64,000 nucleotides of DNA, from positions 512,001 through 576,000 of the forward strand of contig CAXWPJ010000002.1 of the NCBI GenBank assembly GCA_963664115.2, read 5' to 3'. Below are positions 9,778 through 18,057 of this stretch, piece by piece. Numbering within the stretch: the stretch's first letter is position 1; each line of letters opens with the position of its first letter. The notes beneath the pieces were generated by a model that saw only the letters and a program-made list of their open reading frames with translations, was not told the DNA's origin and did not search any database. Position numbers and translations under genes: made by a program. The DNA comes from Terriglobia bacterium (lineage in GTDB: Bacteria; Acidobacteriota; Terriglobia; 20CM-2-55-15).

Positions 9778-11541
9778 TCATGCGTCTTCGGCCTCGTCGT
9801 CCGACTCTCGGAATCCGTAGACACCCATGACGTCTGTCAAGCTGACGATACCCTCCAGCCGACGCGCATCCAGACGACTCACAACCGGCAGTACATTGAC
9901 TCCTGCCTGGCCCATGCGCTCAAGAGCAAGATCCAGGACGTGGTCGGCATGAAGATGGGCTCCGACCTTCAAACCAGTAGCCTCAACCAGCGTCTCGCCA
10001 GAAGCGTTCAGCAATTCGTCCAAGGTCACCATCCCCACCAATCCTCGCTTGTCGACGACAGGCCAGGCGTCGAAGGGACTGTTTCGGACTCGCAACCGCG
10101 CATCGTCAAGAGTCATGCCCGCATCCAGAACGACCTTCGCCACACGCATGGCACGACGGACACGCAAACGCCCCTGGCGGTGCTGTATCGCCGCTGCAGG
10201 CAGATGAATTCCGTCCTGTTCGGCCAAGGCCTCGTAGATCGGCTTTGGCTGGTACCGCCGTGCAATGAAGTAGCTGATCATATTGGAGAGCATGAGCGGA
10301 ACGATAATGGAGTAGTCGCGCGTCATCTCAAAGATCATGATCACTGAAGTAAACGGCACCCGAATGATGCCGGCGAACGCCGTTCCCATCCCGACCAGAG
10401 CATAGGCCCCGGAACTTCCGGTAAACTCAGGCAACAACCAGTTGGCCGCGCCTCCAACGGTGCCTCCCAGCATGGCCCCGATGAAAAGGCTGGGGCCGAA
10501 AATGCCGCCCGCGTTGCCGGAACCGTAACAGGTAGCCGTTGCGACCAGCTTGAGCACGACTAGCGATGCCATGAACCATATCGTCATCGTTCCGTTCAGG
10601 GCGTCTCCGACGCGTCCATAACCCACACCGAGAACATCCGGGACAAAAAATCCCAGCACCCCCACCGTCAACCCACCGACAAGCGGCTGGACCCATCGCG
10701 TGCGCTCGGGCATATCCAGAAAACGCTGACGGATCTGGAGCAGCGTCCGGACAAAGAAGACGGACACATAACCGCCGATGACTCCCAGGATGACGTAGAA
10801 GCCGAGTTCCGAAAAGTGAACCAGTTCGTATTCAGGCACGTTGAACAGCGCCTGATCCCCCAACATGAGGTTCATCACCATCCATGCCGTAGCAGTGCTC
10901 AATACTACCGAACCCAGTAGAGGAGCGTGGAGGTTGCCCACGACCTCTTCCAGAGCAAAGAGCACCGCCGCAATCGGAGTGTTGAACGCCGCCGCCAGGG
11001 CCGCCGCCGCACCCACCGGAATCAGGGCTTCTATCTTTTGTCGCTTCAGACCCAGGGCCCGGCCCATGACCGACGCAATTCCGGATCCGACCATGACAGA
11101 AGGTCCTTCACGGCCCAGCGCCACACCGCTCGCCAGTGAAACGACTGAGATCCAGAATTTTCCGAGAACGCTCCGCAGAGTGATCCGGCCGCCATGGACG
11201 GCAAGCGCGACTTTAGTCTGTGGAATTCCACTGCCTCGGGCGTCGGGAAAATAGCGATACATGAGGAAGCCGGTCACCAGCGATCCGATAACGGGGACCA
11301 GAAGACGCCGAAACTGAAACTCCGGACCGATGGGATACATCCGGGAGCCCAGGTTCTCGGTGAGCACGATGAACGCAACAGTTGTCAGACCCACGACCGC
11401 GCCGATTACCAACGTCAGGAACATGAACAACTGATCTTCGCGATGGCGAATCTGGATGGCCAGCTTCCGGAGCTGGTGTTTCAGCAAGTCCCGGTCGTTC
11501 CACCAGCCGTCAATCTTCTTGATCGCGTCAGCAAATGTCAT
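9778..11541 (-). CDS. ClC-family H+/Cl- antiporter with C-terminal CBS pair
   Basis: GSGIP, GREGP, ALEEV (proton glutamate), GGIFGP, IYEAL; CBS domains. ATG 11541 chosen because the longer start runs through an inverted repeat. Confidence 0.92.
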   Translation of the reverse strand: MTFADAIKKIDGWWNDRDLLKHQLRKLAIQIRHREDQLFMFLTLVIGAVVGLTTVAFIVLTENLGSRMYPIGPEFQFRRLLVPVIGSLVTGFLMYRYFPDARGSGIPQTKVALAVHGGRITLRSVLGKFWISVVSLASGVALGREGPSVMVGSGIASVMGRALGLKRQKIEALIPVGAAAALAAAFNTPIAAVLFALEEVVGNLHAPLLGSVVLSTATAWMVMNLMLGDQALFNVPEYELVHFSELGFYVILGVIGGYVSVFFVRTLLQIRQRFLDMPERTRWVQPLVGGLTVGVLGFFVPDVLGVGYGRVGDALNGTMTIWFMASLVVLKLVATATCYGSGNAGGIFGPSLFIGAMLGGTVGGAANWLLPEFTGSSGAYALVGMGTAFAGIIRVPFTSVIMIFEMTRDYSIIVPLMLSNMISYFIARRYQPKPIYEALAEQDGIHLPAAAIQHRQGRLRVRRAMRVAKVVLDAGMTLDDARLRVRNSPFDAWPVVDKRGLVGMVTLDELLNASGETLVEATGLKVGAHLHADHVLDLALERMGQAGVNVLPVVSRLDARRLEGIVSLTDVMGVYGFRESDDEAEDA

Positions 11542-11579
11542 GATTTTCAAATACTTAGGAGAGAAAACCCGAAAAATTG

Positions 11580-11633
11580 GGGTCAGAGCCCTACAATTTT
11601 CAGGCACTAATCAGGGACATAGGGCTCTGACCC
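11580..11633. repeat. REP-like inverted repeat GGGTCAGAGCCCTA / TAGGGCTCTGACCC
   Basis: Perfect 14-bp arms at 11580-11593 and 11620-11633. Confidence 0.7.
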
Positions 11634-11682
11634 TATTTCTCTACTCTTTGAGGGGATTATATACGAGAGTGCCGATTTCCTC

Positions 11683-11711
11683 TTGACATCTTCGGCACTC
11701 TCCTGTAAACT
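11683..11711 (+). promoter_or_regulatory. Sigma70-type promoter of the IS1595 transposase (probably leaderless)
   Basis: TTGACA-N17-TAAACT; predicted +1 coincides with ATG 11718. Confidence 0.7.
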
Positions 11712-11717
11712 TTCTTC

Positions 11718-12668
11718 ATGATGAAGAAAGCACCGGGAAAGTCACACCGCAAGGGAATAACCCTCAAACAGATCATTCAGCAGTTCCCAGATGACGCCAC
11801 GGCTGAGGCATGGTTCATCGATCAGCGATGGCCGAATGGCATGTGTTGCCCAAACTGCGGATCACTGAACGTCCAGACTGGATGCAAGCACAAGACTATG
11901 CCGTTTCGTTGCCGCGAGAATGTGTGCGCCAAGCGGTTCAGTGCCAAGACCAGAACTGTAATGGAAGGATCGAAGATAGGCTATCAGGACTGGATCATTG
12001 CCATGTTCCTTATAACCACCAGTCTCAAGAGCGTTTCGAGCATGAAGCTGCACCGAGACCTAGGAATCACTCAGAAATCGGCATGGTTCCTAGCTCACAG
12101 GCTCAGGTCCGCCCTGTCGCAGGATGGCAGCCTGTTCGACGGTCCGGTCGAAGTCGATGAAACATACATGGGCGGAAATCGGCGCAACATGAGCAATGCC
12201 AAGCGCAAGGCTCTGTCCGGCACTGGCCGTGGATCTGTTGGAAAGGTCGCGGTGGTCGGAATCAAGGATCGCGCCACGAAGCAGGTTGCAGCAAAGGCCG
12301 TAACGTCTACCGACAAGGAAACGCTGCAAGGATTCGTCAGTGATCACGCAGCACTTGGAGCGACAGTCTACACCGACGACGCGAAGGCATACGACGGGCT
12401 ACCGTTCAATCACGCAGTCATCAAGCACTCGCTTTCGGAATATGTCAATGGCGACGTTCACACGAACGGAATCGAGTCACTGTGGTCTATGATCAAGCGG
12501 GCGCACAAGGGCACCTTCCACAAGTTGTCCCCAAAACACCTAGACCGATACGTGCAGGAGTTCGCCGGACGCCACAACATGCGCGAGCAGGACACAGCCG
12601 AGCAGATTGCGAGCATTCGTAGAGGAATGGAAGGCAAGCGGCTTCGGTATCAAGATCTTCTAGCGTAG
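11718..12668 (+). CDS. IS1595-family transposase
   Basis: Zn ribbon (CPNCGS...FRCRENVC), HTH (LGITQKSAWF), VEVDETY, VYTDD, HTNGIESLWSMIKR, HLDRYVQEF. Confidence 0.96.
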   Translation: MMKKAPGKSHRKGITLKQIIQQFPDDATAEAWFIDQRWPNGMCCPNCGSLNVQTGCKHKTMPFRCRENVCAKRFSAKTRTVMEGSKIGYQDWIIAMFLITTSLKSVSSMKLHRDLGITQKSAWFLAHRLRSALSQDGSLFDGPVEVDETYMGGNRRNMSNAKRKALSGTGRGSVGKVAVVGIKDRATKQVAAKAVTSTDKETLQGFVSDHAALGATVYTDDAKAYDGLPFNHAVIKHSLSEYVNGDVHTNGIESLWSMIKRAHKGTFHKLSPKHLDRYVQEFAGRHNMREQDTAEQIASIRRGMEGKRLRYQDLLA

Positions 12669-12695
12669 GATGGTTCAGCGATTAGGAGCAACGCA

Positions 12696-12950
12696 ATGAA
12701 ACGTGAAATGAAATTGATCGGGATGATTCTCTCTTATGTCGAGAAGTCGAGGCACATTGGTGATATCCCGATCCCAGAGTTCGCTGATTATAGAAAATGT
12801 GAGATCGAGTACCACGTCAAACTATGCGAAGAAGCGGGGTATCTTCATATTATAATTTCAGCCCATGACAAGAAGCCGGAGTCGATAATTCAAATGACTT
12901 GGCAGGGCCATGAGGCCCTTGACGATCTTCGAGAAAGCAATGGAGTATAA
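12696..12950 (+). CDS. DUF2513-like winged-helix passenger protein
   Basis: MKREMKLIGMIL...YHVKLCEEAGYL...MTWQGHEALDDLR pattern; AGGAG RBS. Confidence 0.8.
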   Translation: MKREMKLIGMILSYVEKSRHIGDIPIPEFADYRKCEIEYHVKLCEEAGYLHIIISAHDKKPESIIQMTWQGHEALDDLRESNGV

Positions 12951-12980
12951 CTGGCCGAACCGCACTCAATGGAAGGATCA

Positions 12981-13174
12981 ATGCCGAAGCAACCCAAGAA
13001 ACTGCGACCAAGAAACAGACCCGAACGGTAGATGTTGTGGGCCCGTCCTACCAGCCAAGCCGAGCGGAACTGCGCGAGGACTTGCGCGTGAATGCGACGT
13101 TCAAGGAACTGGCAAAGGCCGTGGTCAAGCCGGTCAAGGTTCGGTATGTGAAGCCTAAAAAACGAGAAGACTAG
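12981..13174 (+). pseudogene. Small basic passenger ORF with a frameshift near 13000
   Basis: GGAAGGA RBS and ATG 12981 (MPKQPKK); one extra A continues into TATKKQTRTVDVVGPSYQPSRAELREDLRVNATFKELAKAVVKPVKVRYVKPKKRED*. Confidence 0.5.
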
Positions 13175-13257
13175 CCAAAAAACAGGGTGCTCAACGCATA
13201 CTGGCTGATTTCCCATGCTTCATGCGGAGTGTCGCCTCCGTCAATCGGCGCCCTCAC
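13171..13257 (-). CDS. 28-aa passenger peptide (or frameshifted C-terminus of the 77-aa ORF)
   Basis: GGAGGA-N6-GTG overlapping the upstream TGA; MRAPIDGGDTPHEAWEISQYALSTLFFG*. Confidence 0.35.
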   Translation of the reverse strand: MRAPIDGGDTPHEAWEISQYALSTLFFG

Positions 13258-13487
13258 ATATAATCCTCCAATTCAACGAACCCACGCACCACTGTTCTGG
13301 TGCGCCCGATGGCTGGACCAGAGACCGTTCCAGGAGCGCACATAAGATCGTCATCCGACCTGGGCAGCCGTTCCGACCCCAGAATGTACTGACGGAGTTC
13401 TTCTTGGTTTATCTTGGGAAGCCGGAGATAGGAAGCCCTGTCTTTTTCGGGTAGGTGGGATAGTAACTCGGCTAGTATTAAAGCCAT
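13254..13487 (-). CDS. 77-aa hypothetical passenger protein
   Basis: AGGAGA RBS 7 nt upstream of ATG; lies inside the IS ends; no family recognised. Confidence 0.6.
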   Translation of the reverse strand: MALILAELLSHLPEKDRASYLRLPKINQEELRQYILGSERLPRSDDDLMCAPGTVSGPAIGRTRTVVRGFVELEDYM

Positions 13488-13550
13488 TTCGAGTTCTCCT
13501 CGTTAGGAGAACCCTTGACCTAGACCCAAGAGGTGGAGGATAATTCCATT

Positions 13551-13626
13551 GCCTCTAGAGCATCTTCTGCCGGGTTCCCTGTTAAGGCGGCAGACAAGAA
13601 GACCGGGTTCGAGCCCGGTCTTCTTG
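13551..13626 (+). ncRNA. Candidate ~75-nt antisense sRNA inside the IS1595 element
   Basis: TTGACC-N18-GATAAT (13515-13544) followed by hairpin TCTGCCG/CGGCAGA and a perfect 13-bp terminal hairpin (13595-13626). Confidence 0.4.
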
Positions 13627-13835
13627 CGTCAGTGCTATTGTATCACTGCGTCATAGGATTGGTCCATCGGCACTCTCGTATATAATCCCCCTTTGATTGT
13701 GCTTTGACGCACCCGAAACCGCAAGACGTAAACCCGATATGCGGGCCAAAAGCACTCAGGAATCCACCCTGCCAATCTAATTGTAGAGTCATTGAAAGAG
13801 AGGAAATTTCGAACAGTCTGCAATCGGTGAGAATC

Positions 13836-14492
13836 ATGAGGCTCATCTCGGTAAATATTGGAAGGCCCCGAACGCTGACGTACTCGGGTCGGACTATTTC
13901 CACAGGGATCTTCAAGAGTCCTGTTTCACGCCGGGTCAAGGCCCTCGAAGGCAATCTGGAAGGCGACGCTCAGGCCGACCTGAGAGTTCACGGCGGCCCG
14001 GAAAAGGCTGTTTACGCTTACGCGTCTGAGCATTACCCATTCTGGGAAGAACGCCTCTGGACCAAACTCGCCTGGGGTGCGTTTGGTGAAAACCTGACGA
14101 CGGAAGGCCTCGTTGAGGAGGAGGTCTGCATTGGAGACCGCTACCAGATCGGGAGCGTCGTCCTGAAGGTAAGCCAGCTACGGCAGCCCTGTCACAAACT
14201 GGCTGTGAAGCTCGATCGCAAATATATAGTCGAACTCTTCCGCAGGAGCGGCCGATCCGGATTCTACTGTTCGGTAGTTCGCGAAGGCGAACTTGGCCAA
14301 GACGATCCTATCCAACTCATCTCGAAATCCCCATACGGGGTTACGATCGCAGACGTCAATCGTCTGCACATGGAGCCCGGGAACACGGAACTTCTGGAAC
14401 GGGTCCTGGCGGTTCCAGATTTGAGCCTGACACAACGAAAACACTTCGAGCAGAGGCAGACTGAACCGTCTGTCGATGAGTTACCGGACTAA
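13836..14492 (+). CDS. MOSC domain protein (YiiM-like)
   Basis: TGIFK, GDAQADLRVHGGPEKAVY, GAFGENLT, RQPCHKL, SGFY. Confidence 0.92.
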   Translation: MRLISVNIGRPRTLTYSGRTISTGIFKSPVSRRVKALEGNLEGDAQADLRVHGGPEKAVYAYASEHYPFWEERLWTKLAWGAFGENLTTEGLVEEEVCIGDRYQIGSVVLKVSQLRQPCHKLAVKLDRKYIVELFRRSGRSGFYCSVVREGELGQDDPIQLISKSPYGVTIADVNRLHMEPGNTELLERVLAVPDLSLTQRKHFEQRQTEPSVDELPD

Positions 14493-14532
14493 CTTCTTGA
14501 TCCGGCGTCGAACCGGGCGGTCAACCAGAAGC

Positions 14533-14760
14533 CTAGCTGATCAGTGCTTCCTGTTCGGCGATCAGCATCCGCCAATAGTCGGACGACTTCTCGCGGGCCT
14601 CGTACCCACAGTAATCGCAACTCCACATTTCGCCGCGTTCAACGAGTGCGAAACCCCAGGGCTCTCCACAACGCGTGCAGCGCGTCATATCGAGCGAAGG
14701 CGTCGACCCGCCCCACTCTGCGGTCCCGGGATAGTCCAACTCAAAATCGAGTACTTTCAC
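14533..14760 (-). CDS. Small Cys4 zinc-ribbon protein
   Basis: 75 aa with CTRC and CDYC; GGAGA RBS before GTG. Confidence 0.55.
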   Translation of the reverse strand: MKVLDFELDYPGTAEWGGSTPSLDMTRCTRCGEPWGFALVERGEMWSCDYCGYEAREKSSDYWRMLIAEQEALIS

Positions 14761-14989
14761 GTGTTTTCTCCAAAATTCGCACAGCCGGAATCAATGCCTC
14801 TCGAATTCAAAGCCTGACGTTGGGAATTGAATACCAGCTTGCGAATGACCTCGCTGAACACCTCCTCAGGTGCTCACGGGCTTGTGGGCGCTGGAAAGAC
14901 CGCAACAACTGCACCAAGCTTGCTCGACCTGATGGACAGCTCAGGTCCCAAGCGGCGTTTCTTTTCGGACACACTCGATCAGACGTGGA

Positions 14990-16297
14990 TTAGAAAATAA
15001 GGCTGATGAGAAAAATCACAGCCAGACTTCCCAGCCCGGCAAGTCCCGCATAGGAATAGAACAGCATTGCCGTGCCCGGACGAAACTCGGGTGGAACTCG
15101 AGCGGAGGTGATGACTTTCAGATTCAGGAAACCGAGGACAGGTCCCGTAAGAAACGCAACGATCGTGACAAAATCGACCATTTGGGTGAGGTTGCCCACG
15201 AAAAAGTACAGGAGCAGAACCGTGAGGGAACCAATGATACCCATGGACATCCAATACGCCGGCGACACTCCCCGATTGGCAGTCACAGCCGGATTCTTTT
15301 CGCGGATTACCTGAATATTTCGGTCAATCACCCGAGGGAATCCGTCGATGATCGTAAGCGTCGTCGAAAACATCGCGGTTACCGCAGTAACGACGATGAT
15401 CGGTTGGGTCCAGGCACCGAGAGTCTGGACGTAGAGATCGATCAGCTGCGTTGAAAACACCGTCCCAGCAGCGCTGAACACCTCGCCTGAACCGTGCATG
15501 ACGGTCGCACCCAGGGTTAGAAACGCGAAGGCTAGAATACCGGTCCCCACGTAGGCAATCCTGAAATCCAAAAGTACCGCGGACACGCCGGCGCGAGCGC
15601 CGCTGCTCTTGTTCTTTTCCAGCGTCCACAGGGAGCTATAGACCGAGATTGTGATATCGGAGGGCATCCATCCGGCTACCGCGAGTATAAACGCCAGGGG
15701 GACGGCGCTCGCCGACGGGGGCACCGGCATGAAACTGATCGTCGCAAAGTCCGCACGCGGAATCACAACCAAGGCAGCGATTAAAGTCGAGACGGCCAGT
15801 AATAGAAGGACCACCTTGATAGAAAATTCCAGGGCCTTGAACCGCCCGAACCACAACAACACGATACAACCGCCATAAAGAACAGCGGCCGCAAGCGTCA
15901 CCGAAGCGTCTGAACCCAGCGCGTACAAGAACAGATATGCAGTGAAGAGAACGATGGCCGCATGCGTAATTACGACTGTCAGAAGAACGACCGAAAAGTA
16001 CAGCCACACCGCCCACGATCCGATTCGCTGATAGCCTTCGACAAGGCTCTCGCCCGTCGCGGCAGCGTAGCGGGGGCCGAATTCGAAGGAGGGATACTTC
16101 AGGATCAACGCAAACAGGATGACCCCGGCCATCGCGAAACCGGCCTCAGCCCCGGCCCGTGTCGATTGCACGAGGTGGGAGACGCCGATGGCGCTTCCCG
16201 CCCACAGTAATCCGGGACCGAAGCTTCTTCGAAAAACTCGAAAACGTGAACCGGCGCCATCAATCACGGTCCTTCCAGATTCGGCGTGGGTGCTCAT
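14990..16297 (-). CDS. NRAMP-like / APC-superfamily permease
   Basis: GPGLLWAGSAIGVSHLVQSTRAGA, KYPSFEFGPRYAAATGESLVEGY, GWMP; about 11 TM helices. Confidence 0.85.
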   Translation of the reverse strand: MSTHAESGRTVIDGAGSRFRVFRRSFGPGLLWAGSAIGVSHLVQSTRAGAEAGFAMAGVILFALILKYPSFEFGPRYAAATGESLVEGYQRIGSWAVWLYFSVVLLTVVITHAAIVLFTAYLFLYALGSDASVTLAAAVLYGGCIVLLWFGRFKALEFSIKVVLLLLAVSTLIAALVVIPRADFATISFMPVPPSASAVPLAFILAVAGWMPSDITISVYSSLWTLEKNKSSGARAGVSAVLLDFRIAYVGTGILAFAFLTLGATVMHGSGEVFSAAGTVFSTQLIDLYVQTLGAWTQPIIVVTAVTAMFSTTLTIIDGFPRVIDRNIQVIREKNPAVTANRGVSPAYWMSMGIIGSLTVLLLYFFVGNLTQMVDFVTIVAFLTGPVLGFLNLKVITSARVPPEFRPGTAMLFYSYAGLAGLGSLAVIFLISLIF

Positions 16298-16310
16298 TGA
16301 CAGCTGAAGT

Positions 16311-16766
16311 CTAACGAAGAATCAACCAGACGCCGCCCCACAGCATGCCAATACCAGCGACTCGGGCAAAGTCCAGAACACGAACGGTCTGACCGAACAG
16401 GCCAAAGTGATCGATCAGCGAACTGCACACGAACTGCGTCGCCACGACTATCACGAACGTTGAAACAAGTCCGACGCGCGCAGCGGAAAAGGAGATACCA
16501 CCGATGATCAGCAGGCCAAAAAACCCCGCAGTGAACACGTACCATGGCAATCCGATTGCATCCAGGATGTTGCCACCACGTCGGGACATGAGAACCAGGC
16601 CAATGATCAGGGCCCCCACGCCGTAGGTAAGGAACACGCTCTCCAGAGTCCCCAACCTTCTATCCATTTGCGCCATGAAAACCGCCTGCATGACGATAGA
16701 AATACCAACGACCATGGGCATCAAGATCAAAAATACGGAACCCGACATGAAATTTCGTCCTTTCAT
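16311..16766 (-). CDS. DMT family (YdcZ-like) transporter
   Basis: 5 TM helices; PWYVFTAGFFG, QFVCSSLIDHFGLFG. Confidence 0.85.
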   Translation of the reverse strand: MKGRNFMSGSVFLILMPMVVGISIVMQAVFMAQMDRRLGTLESVFLTYGVGALIIGLVLMSRRGGNILDAIGLPWYVFTAGFFGLLIIGGISFSAARVGLVSTFVIVVATQFVCSSLIDHFGLFGQTVRVLDFARVAGIGMLWGGVWLILR

Positions 16767-17300
16767 TTATGCTCGCGTCAATGATTCGATAACGCTTCGG
16801 TGAGCAGGAAACTGTCGCACCAATGCCTCACGTCGCGCCAACTCGAAATCCTGAAATTCAAAACCCGGAGACACCGTACATCCAACTAGTGAATAGCCGG
16901 ACGAATCCTCGAGCCTGGCAGCAAACCAAGTCCGTGCAGGTACCAGCCACTGCGGACTCGCACCACCTTCGAGCCGGGAGGCCAGGCGTCGAGAGATATA
17001 TACCCCCGCCGAATCGATCGTGTGGATCGTCAGGGGCACGCCCGCATAATGGTGCCACATCTCATCGGATCGGATGCGATGGAACGCTGAAAACTCCGAT
17101 CCTTTCAGAAGGTAGTAGATCGCAGTCGAAATCGATCGGGAGCCCGGAAATTTTTGATCCGGACTGAGAGCGTCGATCTGGACATTGCTCCGATAGGACT
17201 CGCGATAGTACCCGCCCTCCGGATGGGGAATCAGATTTAAGCCTTGAATCCAGTAAGCGGCTGTTTCTTTAGAGGCGTTAGAGTCGTCGGTAGAGTTCAC
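16767..17300 (-). CDS. Cupin_5 (DUF985) protein
   Basis: LIPHPEGGYYRE, STAIYYLL, FHRIRSDEMWHHYAG, GCTVSPGFEFQDFE; GTG 17300 is the likely start. Confidence 0.9.
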   Translation of the reverse strand: MNSTDDSNASKETAAYWIQGLNLIPHPEGGYYRESYRSNVQIDALSPDQKFPGSRSISTAIYYLLKGSEFSAFHRIRSDEMWHHYAGVPLTIHTIDSAGVYISRRLASRLEGGASPQWLVPARTWFAARLEDSSGYSLVGCTVSPGFEFQDFELARREALVRQFPAHRSVIESLTRA

Positions 17301-17308
17301 CTGTCGAC

Positions 17309-17602
17309 TCAGACGTGATGCGGTTCGTAGCGCTTCACCTTGATCTGATCCTGATTGCGCCTCGCCTGGGCAAGGTCGTAAGCGCTCTGCAATCGCATCC
17401 AGAGATCGGCAGTAGACCATCCGGCCTTTTCCAGCCGAATAGCCATCTCGGCGGAAAGGCCGGCTTTCTCGTTCACCAGATTATTCAGGGCCTGACGTGT
17501 CACGCCGAGAAGCTCGGCTGCTTTTGTCACGCTCAGTTCCAGAGCTTCGATACAGTCCTGCCGAACAATGCGTCCCGGATGTGGTGGATTCTTCATCGGC
17601 AT
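17309..17602 (-). CDS. higA: HigA antitoxin (Xre HTH)
   Basis: NPPHPG, LGVTRQALNNLVN, SAEMAIRL, WMRLQSAYDL. Confidence 0.95.
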   Translation of the reverse strand: MPMKNPPHPGRIVRQDCIEALELSVTKAAELLGVTRQALNNLVNEKAGLSAEMAIRLEKAGWSTADLWMRLQSAYDLAQARRNQDQIKVKRYEPHHV

Positions 17603-17620
17603 GCGTGTCTTCCCCGTTTG

Positions 17621-17899
17621 TCAGTGATAGTCGATCAACTCGACATCGTAGGCATGACCTTCTTCAAACCGGAATATCATGCGCCAGCTCTCCTTGACTG
17701 TTACCGACCAATACCTTTTGAAGTCCCCTTTAAGGGGATGCAAGCGGTATCGGGGAATGGCCAGAGCCTGTACAGTCGACGCTCCATCGAGAACGAATAA
17801 GATGTTCTCAACCGTGTCAACCAAGTCGGGTCGGATTCGACTTGGATCCCCGCGCTCAAAAAGACGTTTCAATCCCCTGTGTCGAAAGTTCTTGATCAC
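17621..17899 (-). CDS. higB: HigB (RelE/ParE superfamily) toxin
   Basis: MIKNFRHRGLKRLF, LHPLKGD, WSVTV, WRMIFRF, LIDYH; toxin upstream of antitoxin. Confidence 0.95.
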   Translation of the reverse strand: MIKNFRHRGLKRLFERGDPSRIRPDLVDTVENILFVLDGASTVQALAIPRYRLHPLKGDFKRYWSVTVKESWRMIFRFEEGHAYDVELIDYH

Positions 17900-17909
17900 C
17901 GCCTTCTAG

Positions 17910-17938
17910 ATTATAGTGACAATTGTCGCTTGTCACAA
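17910..17938 (-). promoter_or_regulatory. higBA promoter with palindromic operator
   Basis: Minus strand TTGTGA-N17-TATAAT, overlapped by the perfect IR GTGACAA-N7-TTGTCAC (17916-17936). Confidence 0.75.
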
Positions 17939-18057
17939 CCTCGATGCCCGGATCAAGCTAATTCGTGCAACAAAGCAAACCTTTCGCCGCCAAGCGCTTG
18001 TCGAATTAGAGTCGTCAAATGGATCGGTAGCGTTCACGGGTTGATGTCAATCTGAAA

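Larger units (their letters stand above)
11652..13690 (+). mobile_element. IS1595-family (ISNwi1-group-like) element with passenger genes, 2039 bp
   Basis: Perfect 25-bp terminal IRs GGGGATTATATACGAGAGTGCCGAT (11652-11676, 13666-13690); direct repeat CTTTGA at 11646-11651 and 13691-13696; ggnnatTAT terminus. Confidence 0.93.

Noticed and set aside
8866-10347. 493-aa plus-strand ORF
   Set aside because: Antisense shadow of nadE and the ClC gene.
17301-17420. Long N-terminal extension of the cupin_5 ORF
   Set aside because: Overlaps higA in another frame; GTG 17300 is the more plausible start.
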